Source: Nanobdellati archaeon
GTDB lineage: Archaea > Nanobdellota > Nanobdellia > CSSed11-243R1
Reading direction: 5' to 3'
DNA length: 64,000 nt
Assembly: GCA_027007025.1 (NCBI GenBank)
Contig: JALTFL010000001.1
Location: 248 to 64,247, forward strand
Shown: in pieces, positions 9,773 to 19,500 of the stretch
Layout of the letters: the number at the start of each line of letters is the position of its first letter
Numbering within the stretch: the stretch's first letter is position 1
Made by a program: the position numbers and the translations under genes
Notes under the pieces: model-generated
Database searches by the model: none
The model's input: only the letters and a program-made list of their open reading frames with translations
What the model was told of the DNA's origin: nothing

Positions 9773-12235
9773 ATGGGAAAAACATTGTTGGAATTTTATC
9801 CGTTTGATATAAAATATGACGACAATGAAGAAAAAATTGTGGTATATGGGTATACAAAAGAAGGGGAGAAAGTTATTGTAGTAGATAATTCTTTCCACCC
9901 CTATTTCTACGCTGTCATCAGTCCAGAAGATAAAGAAAGTGTAATCAACTCAATAAAAAATTTGAAGGTGATTGTCGGTGAAAAAGAGGCACTGATAAAA
10001 AAGATAGAGGAATATCAATCACATCTCGTTGGGAGAGATGTGACAACCCTAAAATTAACATTTAACACATATTCTGAGATGAAACATTTCTTCGAACCAA
10101 TAAAAAGAATAAGTGGCGTTTCAGAATTGTTAGAGACGGACATCCCAATCCACCGCAGGTACCTCATAGATAAAAGATTCAAAATGTTCACACGGGTGAG
10201 AGTAGAAGGAGAAAAAGTCAAGTCTACATCACCCAACACTAATTTTACAATTTTAGCGGATGTAATTGAAGAAACAAACAGCGAGCTCATTGAAAATCCA
10301 AAGATAATGGCAGTAGATATTGAAACATATAATCCAATAGGCAATCCTCGCCCCGAAAAAGACCCTATTTTAATGATATCAATCTCGACAAATTATGGAT
10401 TCAATAAAGTAATATCATGGAAAAAATGTGATGAGATGCAGGACTTCGTTGAGGTTGTCGAGTCAGAGATGGATGTGCTTCTTAGATTTGAGGATATTAT
10501 AAAAAATGAAAACCCACAGATAATCGTTGGGTACAACAGTGACAATTTCGACTTTCCATATATAAACGAAAGAGCAAAAAAGTACAAATTAAACTTAAAG
10601 CTTGGAGTTGATAACTCAAAGTTAAAAATAACTAAACGTGGGATTGGCAAGGCTGCAAAAATTATTGGCATACCACATATAGACCTCTTCATATTCATAA
10701 GAAATATTTTAGGACCCACATTAAAAACTGAAACATATAATCTAAATGCAGTGGCTGATGAATTGATAGGTGAAAAAAAAGTTGAAGGATTCCATTGGAC
10801 TGAAATGTCTAAAATGTGGGACAATGGCGGAGATGATTTAAAAAAAATATTCGAATACTCTATGAAAGATGCAGAAATAACCCTAAAACTCATGGAAAAA
10901 TTATTTAACTTGATTGCCGAAATGACAAAAATTGTTGGGCAAACTCCGTTCGATGTCAGCAGGATGACATATGGACAGTGTGTTGAATGGTTCCTTGCGA
11001 AAAATGCGCATGATTTTAAGGAATTAATACCCCCAAAGCCACTAGGGCACTTCGTTTCAGACAGGCAGGCAAAATCATATGAAGGAGCATATGTACACAA
11101 ACCAGAAGTGGGATTATTTGAGAATATCGTGGTTTATGACTTTCGTTCACTTTATCCAAGTATAATTGTATCATATAATATTTGCCCTACAACATTATTT
11201 TGTGACTGTTGCAAAGTTGGATTTGAAACGCCAGAAATAAATGGGAAAAAGTATAGTTTCTGTAAAGAAAAGAAAGGATTCATACCACAGCTACTTGAAA
11301 ATTTGATAAACAGACGGATAAGGATAAAAGAAATCATAAAAAAACTTCCAAAAAACGATGAAGACTACAAGATTTTATCCGCAAGAAGTTACGCTATAAA
11401 AACAATTGCGAATGCTATGTATGGTTATCTCGGATTCGCTCGGAGCAGGTGGTATTGTTGGGAATGCGCCGCAAGCATAACTGCCCTTGGCAGACATTAC
11501 ATCACAAAAGTGATAAGCGAAGCAGAATCAAAAGGGTTTAGTGTTTTGTATGCTGACACTGATTCTCTATTTATCTCATTAAAAAACAAAAGTTTGGAGG
11601 ACTCTAAAAAATTCATAAAAGAAATCAACTCATCCCTCCCGGAGATGATGGAATTAGATTTTCAAGGATTTTATTCGCGTGGAGTGTTTCTAGCTAAGAA
11701 AAGATACGCCCTCTCAGACACCCTAGGCAACTTAACAATCAAGGGGCTGGAGTGGGTTAGAAGAGATTGGTCAAAGATAGCAAAGGAAACACAAATCGCT
11801 GTCATAAAATCAATTCTTGTCGACGGCTCAAAGGAAAAAGCAATCAGGATAACACGAGACACTATTAAAAAACTAAAAGAAGGAAAGATTCCAATAGATA
11901 AAGTAACAATCTACACCCAACTGACAAGAAAAATAGAAGATTATGAATCAATAGGGCCTCATGTGTCTGCCGCGATAAAGGCAAAAGAGAAAGGGTACAC
12001 ATTCGAACCGGGGCAGATAATAAAGTATATAATTGTCAAAGGAAGTGGGAGCATATCTGACAAGGCGTTCATACTTGAAGACGTGCTCGACAGGAAGTTA
12101 GAATACGACCCAGAATATTACATAAACAACCAAGTAATACCCGCAGTTGAAAAGATATTTGAAGCAGTAGGTATTAGCAAAGATGAGTTGCTTGGTAAGG
12201 TCCAAACGAAACTTGGAGGATTTTTTGGTGATTGA
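9773..12235 (+). CDS. polB: DNA polymerase, family B
   Basis: exo motifs DIETYN, YGDTDS-type LYADTDSLF, KxxxNSxYG (YGYLGF); ATG at 9773 (track used TTG at 9770). Confidence 0.95.
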   Translation: MGKTLLEFYPFDIKYDDNEEKIVVYGYTKEGEKVIVVDNSFHPYFYAVISPEDKESVINSIKNLKVIVGEKEALIKKIEEYQSHLVGRDVTTLKLTFNTYSEMKHFFEPIKRISGVSELLETDIPIHRRYLIDKRFKMFTRVRVEGEKVKSTSPNTNFTILADVIEETNSELIENPKIMAVDIETYNPIGNPRPEKDPILMISISTNYGFNKVISWKKCDEMQDFVEVVESEMDVLLRFEDIIKNENPQIIVGYNSDNFDFPYINERAKKYKLNLKLGVDNSKLKITKRGIGKAAKIIGIPHIDLFIFIRNILGPTLKTETYNLNAVADELIGEKKVEGFHWTEMSKMWDNGGDDLKKIFEYSMKDAEITLKLMEKLFNLIAEMTKIVGQTPFDVSRMTYGQCVEWFLAKNAHDFKELIPPKPLGHFVSDRQAKSYEGAYVHKPEVGLFENIVVYDFRSLYPSIIVSYNICPTTLFCDCCKVGFETPEINGKKYSFCKEKKGFIPQLLENLINRRIRIKEIIKKLPKNDEDYKILSARSYAIKTIANAMYGYLGFARSRWYCWECAASITALGRHYITKVISEAESKGFSVLYADTDSLFISLKNKSLEDSKKFIKEINSSLPEMMELDFQGFYSRGVFLAKKRYALSDTLGNLTIKGLEWVRRDWSKIAKETQIAVIKSILVDGSKEKAIRITRDTIKKLKEGKIPIDKVTIYTQLTRKIEDYESIGPHVSAAIKAKEKGYTFEPGQIIKYIIVKGSGSISDKAFILEDVLDRKLEYDPEYYINNQVIPAVEKIFEAVGISKDELLGKVQTKLGGFFGD

Positions 12236-12236
12236 A

Positions 12237-13142
12237 ATGGAAGAAAAAATGGATGAAAAAACAATTGAAAAATACAAAAAGGCAGGAGATATTGCGAAAA
12301 AAGTTCATGCTCTCGCAAGAGAAATAATCAAACCAAATGTTAAAGCGCTGGATGTTGCTGAAAAACTGGAAAATGAGATAATAAAACTCGGTGGTTTTCC
12401 GGCGTGGCCCATGAATATTTCCATAAACGAAATAGCAGCCCACTGGACTCCTTCAATGAACGACGAGACTGTCTTCAAAAAGGGTGATGTCGTGAAAGTG
12501 GATGTCGGCGTGCATGTTGACGGATTCATAGCAGACACCGCAAGGACGATTGAAGTCGGAGACACCAAATGGAATGACTTGATTAAGGCAAGTGAGGAAG
12601 CAGTCAGGGCAGCCATTGACATCGCGAAGCCCGGCATTGAAGTTTCAAAGATAGGTGCTGTAGTTGAAGATACAATCAAAAGTAAAGGATTTAACCCAAT
12701 CGCAAACTTAACTGGACATGGATTGCAAGAATATGAGAATCACACCCCTCCAACTATCCCGAACTTTGACAATAAAAGTAATGTGAAATTGGAAAAGGGG
12801 ATGGCAATTGCAATTGAGCCTTTCGTAACAAATGGAATTGGCAGAGTGGTAGACGCATTCAACTCAGAAATATATATGCTCGAAAATCCAAAGCCTGTGA
12901 GGAACGCAACTGCAAGAAAAATTTTGAATATTGTCATGGACAAGTATAAGACGCTACCATTTGGGAAAAGGTGGCTCGCGAAAGAAGTTAGCGGATTCGG
13001 ACTGGAGATTGCATTAAGGGAACTCGTGAGAAATGGTTCACTCCACAATTTTTCAGTATTGAAAGAAGAAAGCAATGGGATGGTAGCCCAAACAGAGCAC
13101 ACACTTCTTATGCTGGATGAACCTATTGTAACTACACTTTAG
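12237..13142 (+). CDS. map: methionine aminopeptidase type 2
   Basis: pita-bread fold motifs, AHWTP, metal ligands; real start ATG 12237 right after polB stop. Confidence 0.9.
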   Translation: MEEKMDEKTIEKYKKAGDIAKKVHALAREIIKPNVKALDVAEKLENEIIKLGGFPAWPMNISINEIAAHWTPSMNDETVFKKGDVVKVDVGVHVDGFIADTARTIEVGDTKWNDLIKASEEAVRAAIDIAKPGIEVSKIGAVVEDTIKSKGFNPIANLTGHGLQEYENHTPPTIPNFDNKSNVKLEKGMAIAIEPFVTNGIGRVVDAFNSEIYMLENPKPVRNATARKILNIVMDKYKTLPFGKRWLAKEVSGFGLEIALRELVRNGSLHNFSVLKEESNGMVAQTEHTLLMLDEPIVTTL

Positions 13143-13809
13143 AATTTCCAGAATAGAAAAAGCTTAACAGCAATTCAACAAAGAATGAACTATTTGTCCA
13201 CACCCCGTGTAATATATCAAGGTTATCATTCGACAAAACAAAAACTATTGCTTCTTTTTTATCAACAACAATAAAATTGCTTCGTATCTTTTTTTTAGGA
13301 AACTTAATCTTTACTTTAACGCCTTTTTTTGATAGTTTATTCAATAAGTTATTCACTTTTTCAACTTTCGTAACGCACTTATCTGAAGAATATACCAAAA
13401 CCTCTTTTTTCGCAGAAACCATGGTCTGCTTAAGTTTATCCAAAATATGCATCCCCTTTATCAGCACAAATCCTCCTTTTTTAACACTTGTAGATTTGTC
13501 ATTAAATTCGTCCAACAACAGGTGTTTAATTTTGTTTATTTTTTTAATCTCATTCTCTTTAACACTTTGCATGACTTTATTTGGGTTAACTGCCGTAAAT
13601 TTCATTGGACGGGAGAGAACTGTTTCAACAAACCCTTTTTTTTCAAGTGTGGAAAGAACCTCATAAATTTTACCATAAGGAATATTGCATATAGTGCTAA
13701 CATCCTTCGCGCTTGCAGTTCCAAGTGTCGCCAGTGTTGTATAAACCTTGGATTCATATTGTGTTAACCCAATTGAATTAAGCAAAGCCATTATATCAGT
13801 GCGTGCCAT
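13132..13809 (-). CDS. TrmB-family HTH transcriptional regulator
   Basis: N-terminal wHTH LTQYESKVYTTLATLGTASAKDVS; TATA-like TTTATACATAAA ~20 nt upstream. Confidence 0.6.
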   Translation of the reverse strand: MARTDIMALLNSIGLTQYESKVYTTLATLGTASAKDVSTICNIPYGKIYEVLSTLEKKGFVETVLSRPMKFTAVNPNKVMQSVKENEIKKINKIKHLLLDEFNDKSTSVKKGGFVLIKGMHILDKLKQTMVSAKKEVLVYSSDKCVTKVEKVNNLLNKLSKKGVKVKIKFPKKKIRSNFIVVDKKEAIVFVLSNDNLDILHGVWTNSSFFVELLLSFFYSGNSKV

Positions 13810-13894
13810 GTATTATACTACACATTCTTTATGTATAAATGGCAATGGAAACAAAACGCGAAAAAGTATCATATGGTTATCCCCCATGGGAGGA

Positions 13895-15964
13895 TTACTT
13901 TTTCTTACCCCAATTTTCTTTTGTCTTGCATTTCGGGTCAAGACACATTGTAAATGGGCGCTTTCCCTTTCTTATGACCTTAACGATTGGCGTATGGCAA
14001 TAAGGACAAATTTTACCAGTATTGATTATCTTAGCCCCGCCAGGAAGCGGATAAATATTGTTACATTTCGGATAATTAGTGCACCCCACAAACTTCTTTT
14101 TTGTTTTAGGAGAATATAAAATCTTTAACTGCCCAGTCTTGCACTTTGGACATGTCCCGAGCAAACTTTGTTCTTCCTGTGTGTCAAGAATCGCTTTTTC
14201 TATCTTCGGCCCGATTTTTTTCTCATTTTCCTTAAATTCTTTTGATATCTTTTTAATTACCTTAACTGCATCTTTTATGACTTTCTCGCGCTTTATTTTC
14301 CCTTTCTCTACTTTCTCCATTTCATTCTCGAATTCCCTAGTGAGGTTTTCCGATGTTAAGTCCGGAACATTTTCAGCAAGAGCTTTCCCGACAGCCATGC
14401 CCAACTTTGTAACTTTTATACTTTTGTCTTCAATATACCCCCTATCATAAAGGGTCTGTAATATTGACGCCCTGGTTGCCTTTGTGCCAAGATTAACCTT
14501 TTCGAGCTCCTTAACAATTGAACCTTGTGAGTATCTGCTTGGGGGTTGTGTCTCCTTTTCAACAAGCTCAATTTTTTTGACCTTAAAATTGTCACCCTTT
14601 TCAATTTTTGGAAATTCTGCCTCTTCAAGCTTTGAGTATGACCCATAATAATTCATCCAATTCTTCTCCAATGTCTTTGAGCCCGTCGCCACAAATTCTT
14701 CCTTGCCTATGTCAAAAACAACTTTTGTGGATTCTCGTATTGCAGGTTCTCCAAATACTGCGAGAAATCTTCTGACTATTAAATCATAAAGCTTTTTTTC
14801 ATCTGCACGCAGAGTGGAAATATCTGGCACTTCTTTTGTCGGGTAAATAGCAGGGTGCGCGGGGTCATCCTTTTTTCCTTCTTTCGGGACAAGTTCTTTT
14901 TTTGAAAGAAGTTCTTTAGCAATTTTCTCATATTTTTTAATCTTAGCAAGATTTTTCAAAATAGAGTTATAACCTATTTGTTTCGGAAGCTTCTGAGAGG
15001 ATGTTCTCGGGTATGAGATATATCCTTTTGTGTATAAATTTTGAGCAATGTCAGATGTTCGCTTTGGAGAATACCCAAAATACCTGTATGCCTCCGTTTG
15101 GAGAGATGTCAAGTCAAACGGATTAGGTGGGTCTTTTTTTGTTTTAGTTCTTTTCATCAGCGTGACTACAGCGTCTTCCCTGTCAGCATTTTCATAAGCA
15201 GAGTCAACTTCTCTCTTCTTCCAAAACTTTGTCTTTTTGTGATGAGCAACAACCATGGGTTTTGTTTTTATCTCCGCGTAAAGTTCCCAATATGGCTTCG
15301 GCTTGAACGCAGCGATTTCCTTTTCGCGCTTTATCAAAAAGTAAAGCATCGGTGTCTGGACTCTTCCGGCAGACAAAAGGTAATGATGAAGTTTTTTCCC
15401 ATGATGTTTTATTGACAATGTGAGTGCCCTTGAAACATTTACCCCCCAAAGAAAATCAAGAGAGTGCCTTGTGAGTCCAGATTCTACTCTCCCAAAATCG
15501 AGATGCTTTTGTATTTTCTCAAATGAATTGATTAAATCTTCTTTTGTCAATGTGGAAAATTTCATTCTCTTTGCGTCTTTCTTATTGAACAAAAATCTAA
15601 GAATGTTGTAGCCTATCACGCTTCCTTCCTCATCAAAATCTGTTGCAACTATAAAATCTTTGACACCCTTTGATGCTTCCTTGAAGGTATCATAATATTT
15701 TTTTGTGTACTCTGCTTTTTTATTCGCTACAAAAACCGGCACCCATTCCATATCAAATATTGGATATTCCCAACCTTTTTTTGTGTCTTTTAACGCGAAA
15801 ATATGACCAACTGCCGGGACTGCTACATAAGTGTGTTTTTTTATGTTAAACTCGTAATAATCTACTCCTTCACTTGACTTTTTTACTGCCAACTTTCCCT
15901 GTGAAAGAGCAGTAGCTATCTTTTTTGCCGCTGTTGGTTTTTCACATATGATTAAAGTTTTCAT
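13895..15964 (-). CDS. topA: DNA topoisomerase type IA with C-terminal zinc ribbons
   Basis: Toprim MKTLIICEKP, catalytic Tyr region, multiple C4 zinc fingers at C-terminus. Confidence 0.9.
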   Translation of the reverse strand: MKTLIICEKPTAAKKIATALSQGKLAVKKSSEGVDYYEFNIKKHTYVAVPAVGHIFALKDTKKGWEYPIFDMEWVPVFVANKKAEYTKKYYDTFKEASKGVKDFIVATDFDEEGSVIGYNILRFLFNKKDAKRMKFSTLTKEDLINSFEKIQKHLDFGRVESGLTRHSLDFLWGVNVSRALTLSIKHHGKKLHHYLLSAGRVQTPMLYFLIKREKEIAAFKPKPYWELYAEIKTKPMVVAHHKKTKFWKKREVDSAYENADREDAVVTLMKRTKTKKDPPNPFDLTSLQTEAYRYFGYSPKRTSDIAQNLYTKGYISYPRTSSQKLPKQIGYNSILKNLAKIKKYEKIAKELLSKKELVPKEGKKDDPAHPAIYPTKEVPDISTLRADEKKLYDLIVRRFLAVFGEPAIRESTKVVFDIGKEEFVATGSKTLEKNWMNYYGSYSKLEEAEFPKIEKGDNFKVKKIELVEKETQPPSRYSQGSIVKELEKVNLGTKATRASILQTLYDRGYIEDKSIKVTKLGMAVGKALAENVPDLTSENLTREFENEMEKVEKGKIKREKVIKDAVKVIKKISKEFKENEKKIGPKIEKAILDTQEEQSLLGTCPKCKTGQLKILYSPKTKKKFVGCTNYPKCNNIYPLPGGAKIINTGKICPYCHTPIVKVIRKGKRPFTMCLDPKCKTKENWGKKK

Positions 15965-16515
15965 TTGAACCTGAACTCCTTTATTACCCCATAAGTTGGA
16001 CCCTGCTTCGAGAGCTTGCTTTCAAAAAGTGACATCGATAATGCTGTAAATGAACCAAATTCTTTTTTGTAATTCTCTCTTATCTTGTCAAGGAACATCT
16101 CTTTATTTCTTGGATTCCTTATTCTTGCTAAAGTTACGTGTGGTGTGAACCTGCGCTCGTCTTTTGGTATGCCAAGCTCCTCAAGTTTAGCCTCAACTAT
16201 AGTATGTAATTGTCTCAACCCTTCTGATTGGGCGCCCGCCCACAATACTCTAACAAATTCTTCACTTGGAAAGATGCCAACTCCCTGAACATCTACCTCA
16301 AAAAGACGAGTGGATTTAACTAAATCATTCAACACATCCAAAATATCCTTTAATTTCTTATCAGAGATATTACCAAAAAATTTTATGTTAATATGAAAAT
16401 TTTCTTCTTCAACAAATTTCGCGTCAATATCTAATTTTTTAATTTCATTTTGGAAACGAGACAGCTTCTGCGAGATTTCATCAGGAATTTTAATTGCTAA
16501 AAAAACTCTTTTCAA
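15961..16515 (-). CDS. thpR: 2H phosphoesterase LigT/ThpR (RNA 2',3'-cyclic phosphodiesterase)
   Basis: two HxT/S motifs (HINIKF, HVTLAR); TTG start overlapping stop of upstream S8 gene (TTGA). Confidence 0.8.
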   Translation of the reverse strand: MKRVFLAIKIPDEISQKLSRFQNEIKKLDIDAKFVEEENFHINIKFFGNISDKKLKDILDVLNDLVKSTRLFEVDVQGVGIFPSEEFVRVLWAGAQSEGLRQLHTIVEAKLEELGIPKDERRFTPHVTLARIRNPRNKEMFLDKIRENYKKEFGSFTALSMSLFESKLSKQGPTYGVIKEFRFK

Positions 16516-19500
16516 TAATTCTCCCTCCTATACATCTGAAATGCTAAAAACCCAACGACGACAATAACGACAACACCAATCACAATGTAAACAGTATTGC
16601 TTTGAGTTCCAGCATGGGTTACTTCAGTTATATTATTGGAGGTATTACCCTCCGTATTATAAATTGGAAGCTCACTTAAACACAATCCACAATCTGCCTC
16701 ACAAGTGGAACAATTTTCTCCAACTGTCTGGTTGCATATGCCGTTCCCACAGTATTCAACCAACTTAACCGATGTTACTGCGAATGCTGAAAGATGGTTT
16801 ATATCTATGGCATAAAGGTAATTATCCCCAGAAGTTCCTTTGTATGATGTAAATTCTGGAACCCATGAATTATTATAATAATGATACACGGTTACATTGT
16901 TAGGGTTATAACCATTGCTGATGAACCAACTAACAGGTACTCTTAAATCAACATGCATTGAACTAATTTCACTATCAAAATTTGTGGACACCGTGAAGTA
17001 CTGGTAAATAACACCTGGCGCGCCAGGAATTCCAAACGGCGGTGTGTCTCCACTTGATTTCACTGTGAGCTGAGCATTGGTAGTTAAGTTACTTAGATAT
17101 AACTTTATCATATCAACCGCTATGGCCGAACTTTTCACGTCTACATCAATCTCTTTGTTTGGTTCCAAGCTCTGCCAAAAGAATACCTCACTTACAACTT
17201 CGTTATTCTGTTGTGTGGTGTTCCCACCGCTGGCTCCAGCTTCATTATTTTCATTGCCCGACTCCCCTGCTGATGTAGTAAAGTTGTAACAAGTTGAGTT
17301 ATAGACGTTTCCCTGATAATCCTCAGCGATAATCTGGTAATAATATGTATACGAAGATGACAAACCGCTAAAGTATGCGGAGTGAGTAGTTCCCCAGTCA
17401 GTATTTTTTGATTCCCTCAAATCTGAACAATCTGATTTTCTATACAAATACACTGTTGATTTAGCATACTCGTCCGTCTTAAAATGAATTGTTGCCGATG
17501 AATTTGATTTACTAACATAAACTCCATTTAAACTTGGTGGTGTGTCATCATAGATGGTAAATTCACGATAGCTTGAGTTATAATTGCCACTCGAGTCAAC
17601 ACAATAAACTGTTATGTTGTGGTTTCCGTTCTTAAGTGGGCCAAGAGTTGATATAAAATACTCATTTGATTTGTTAAGAGAAACATTCGATGCACCATCA
17701 AGGGAGTAGGTACATGTCTCAACGTCATGGGATGAACTCACGTTGGTGTTTACAAAACAAGATGTGTAAACTTTATCCTCTGGAGAGCTAATTATGACAT
17801 CCGGGGGTGTTGTGTCATTCACCACAACAAGTGTCGAAAATCTATTTACATAAACTGTTGTTTCTGTTGACGAGTCAGTATAACAGTCAACATTGTTAGT
17901 TGTGCACGCGTTTAGTTTAACACAAGATGAAAAATCATCTGGAATCCCCCTACCACAAGAGTAAACACCATCATATCCTGAAGAATTAGGGGAGAAAGTA
18001 ATCTTCGCGTAGTCAGCATTTAAAAGATCCGTGCAGTTATTTTCTTCACAAATTTTGTCTTTAATCAGATTCTTGTCCAGGTATAGTGTCAAATAAGGCG
18101 TCATCCCATAATTTGAGGTTATGTTATTCAACTGCGAATCATTTTCTTTAAATGCAAAGTTGTAATCCCACCACACATTTGTCCCATTGACATCAACTAA
18201 TGTCACATTAAAGCTTGTCGAGTTCAAAGTGATGTTAAATGTTTGATTGTTCCAAACAGATGCTCCGTTTGGATAAATCGCCGACGCATTTGTTTCCGCT
18301 ATCCACTTTGTCGTGTTCATCTGTGAGATTTCATAAAATTCTTTCGTGTGATTGATTAAATTCCCTGAAGTATCGTTAGCGTAAACAACAAAATAGTTCC
18401 AACCCGGATAATTAAGTGTAACAGCGGTGTTGTTCACAACAGGCGTCATGCTTCCATAAAACAAAGTCGTGTTGCTTCCGCCATTTAGATTATACCACAC
18501 ACTACTTACATTCGTGTCATCTGAAACAGTAATGTTAAGCCAAGGAGTAGTTGTGTTTTGGGGGTATGATGAGTTAATGGTTATGCTTGGGTACGTCGCG
18601 TCTACTGTCAAGTTTTTAACAACAACAGATGTTGAATTTCCGAGAGAGTTAACCGCAGTTATCGTTAAGTTATACATACCTGAAGGGAGGTTAACTGTTG
18701 GGATGGTTGTATCCCAATAATTCGTGGCTTCGACTTTCGATAAATTTCCGCTTCTTAAAACGCTACCAGTACTATTTGTCAATTGATAACCAACAGTGGA
18801 AACCAAAGATGTGTTACAAAATGCGGATATATTGACATGCACTCCAGAAACACTTAATGATTGTCCATCTATTGGAGAATAAACTTTTAAGTCTGGGACA
18901 ACATTTTGAGGTACAATAGATATGCTATCTGTTGCACTCTTAACATCTCCTAAGATATCACTGTCTAACTTCACAAAGAAATCCCAAGTTGTATTCATCT
19001 GCCCGCTAGCATTGATTACCCATGTGACTAAACAATAATCTCCATCCTGCATATTTTGAAGACAACTTAGATTAGAAGAATAAATAGGATTTTGGCTGGT
19101 GTTGGTATACTGTGGATGTGTTGTCGTGAAAAATGGCGACCCAGAATCCATTGGAACAATACCTTTATATTTCAATCCTAATACAGACGCGTAAACATCA
19201 ATCCTCGGAAATGTCAAACCACTTCCAACACTCTTCCTTTTATCTGTTACATTAACGCCATAATCTTTAAGGTATTTTAAAGCGGCATCCTTGTCAAGAT
19301 TTGAGCCCATTCTCATCTTGTTGTACTGATCCATCAATAGAATTGCTCCAGCGACATGTGGCGCAGCCATTGATGTTCCAGAAAGATAGCACCAATCAGA
19401 ATTTGAATAACATCCCAATTCAGGACTGGAATTATAAATCATAGTAGAATAGATATTTGTTCCAGGGGCAAGCACATCCAAAATTGGAGCGACATTTGAG

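Noticed and set aside
12183-12236. Upstream extension of the methionine aminopeptidase ORF into polB
   Set aside because: In-frame ATG at 12237 directly after the polB stop gives the conserved MetAP N-terminus. The extension lies inside polB.
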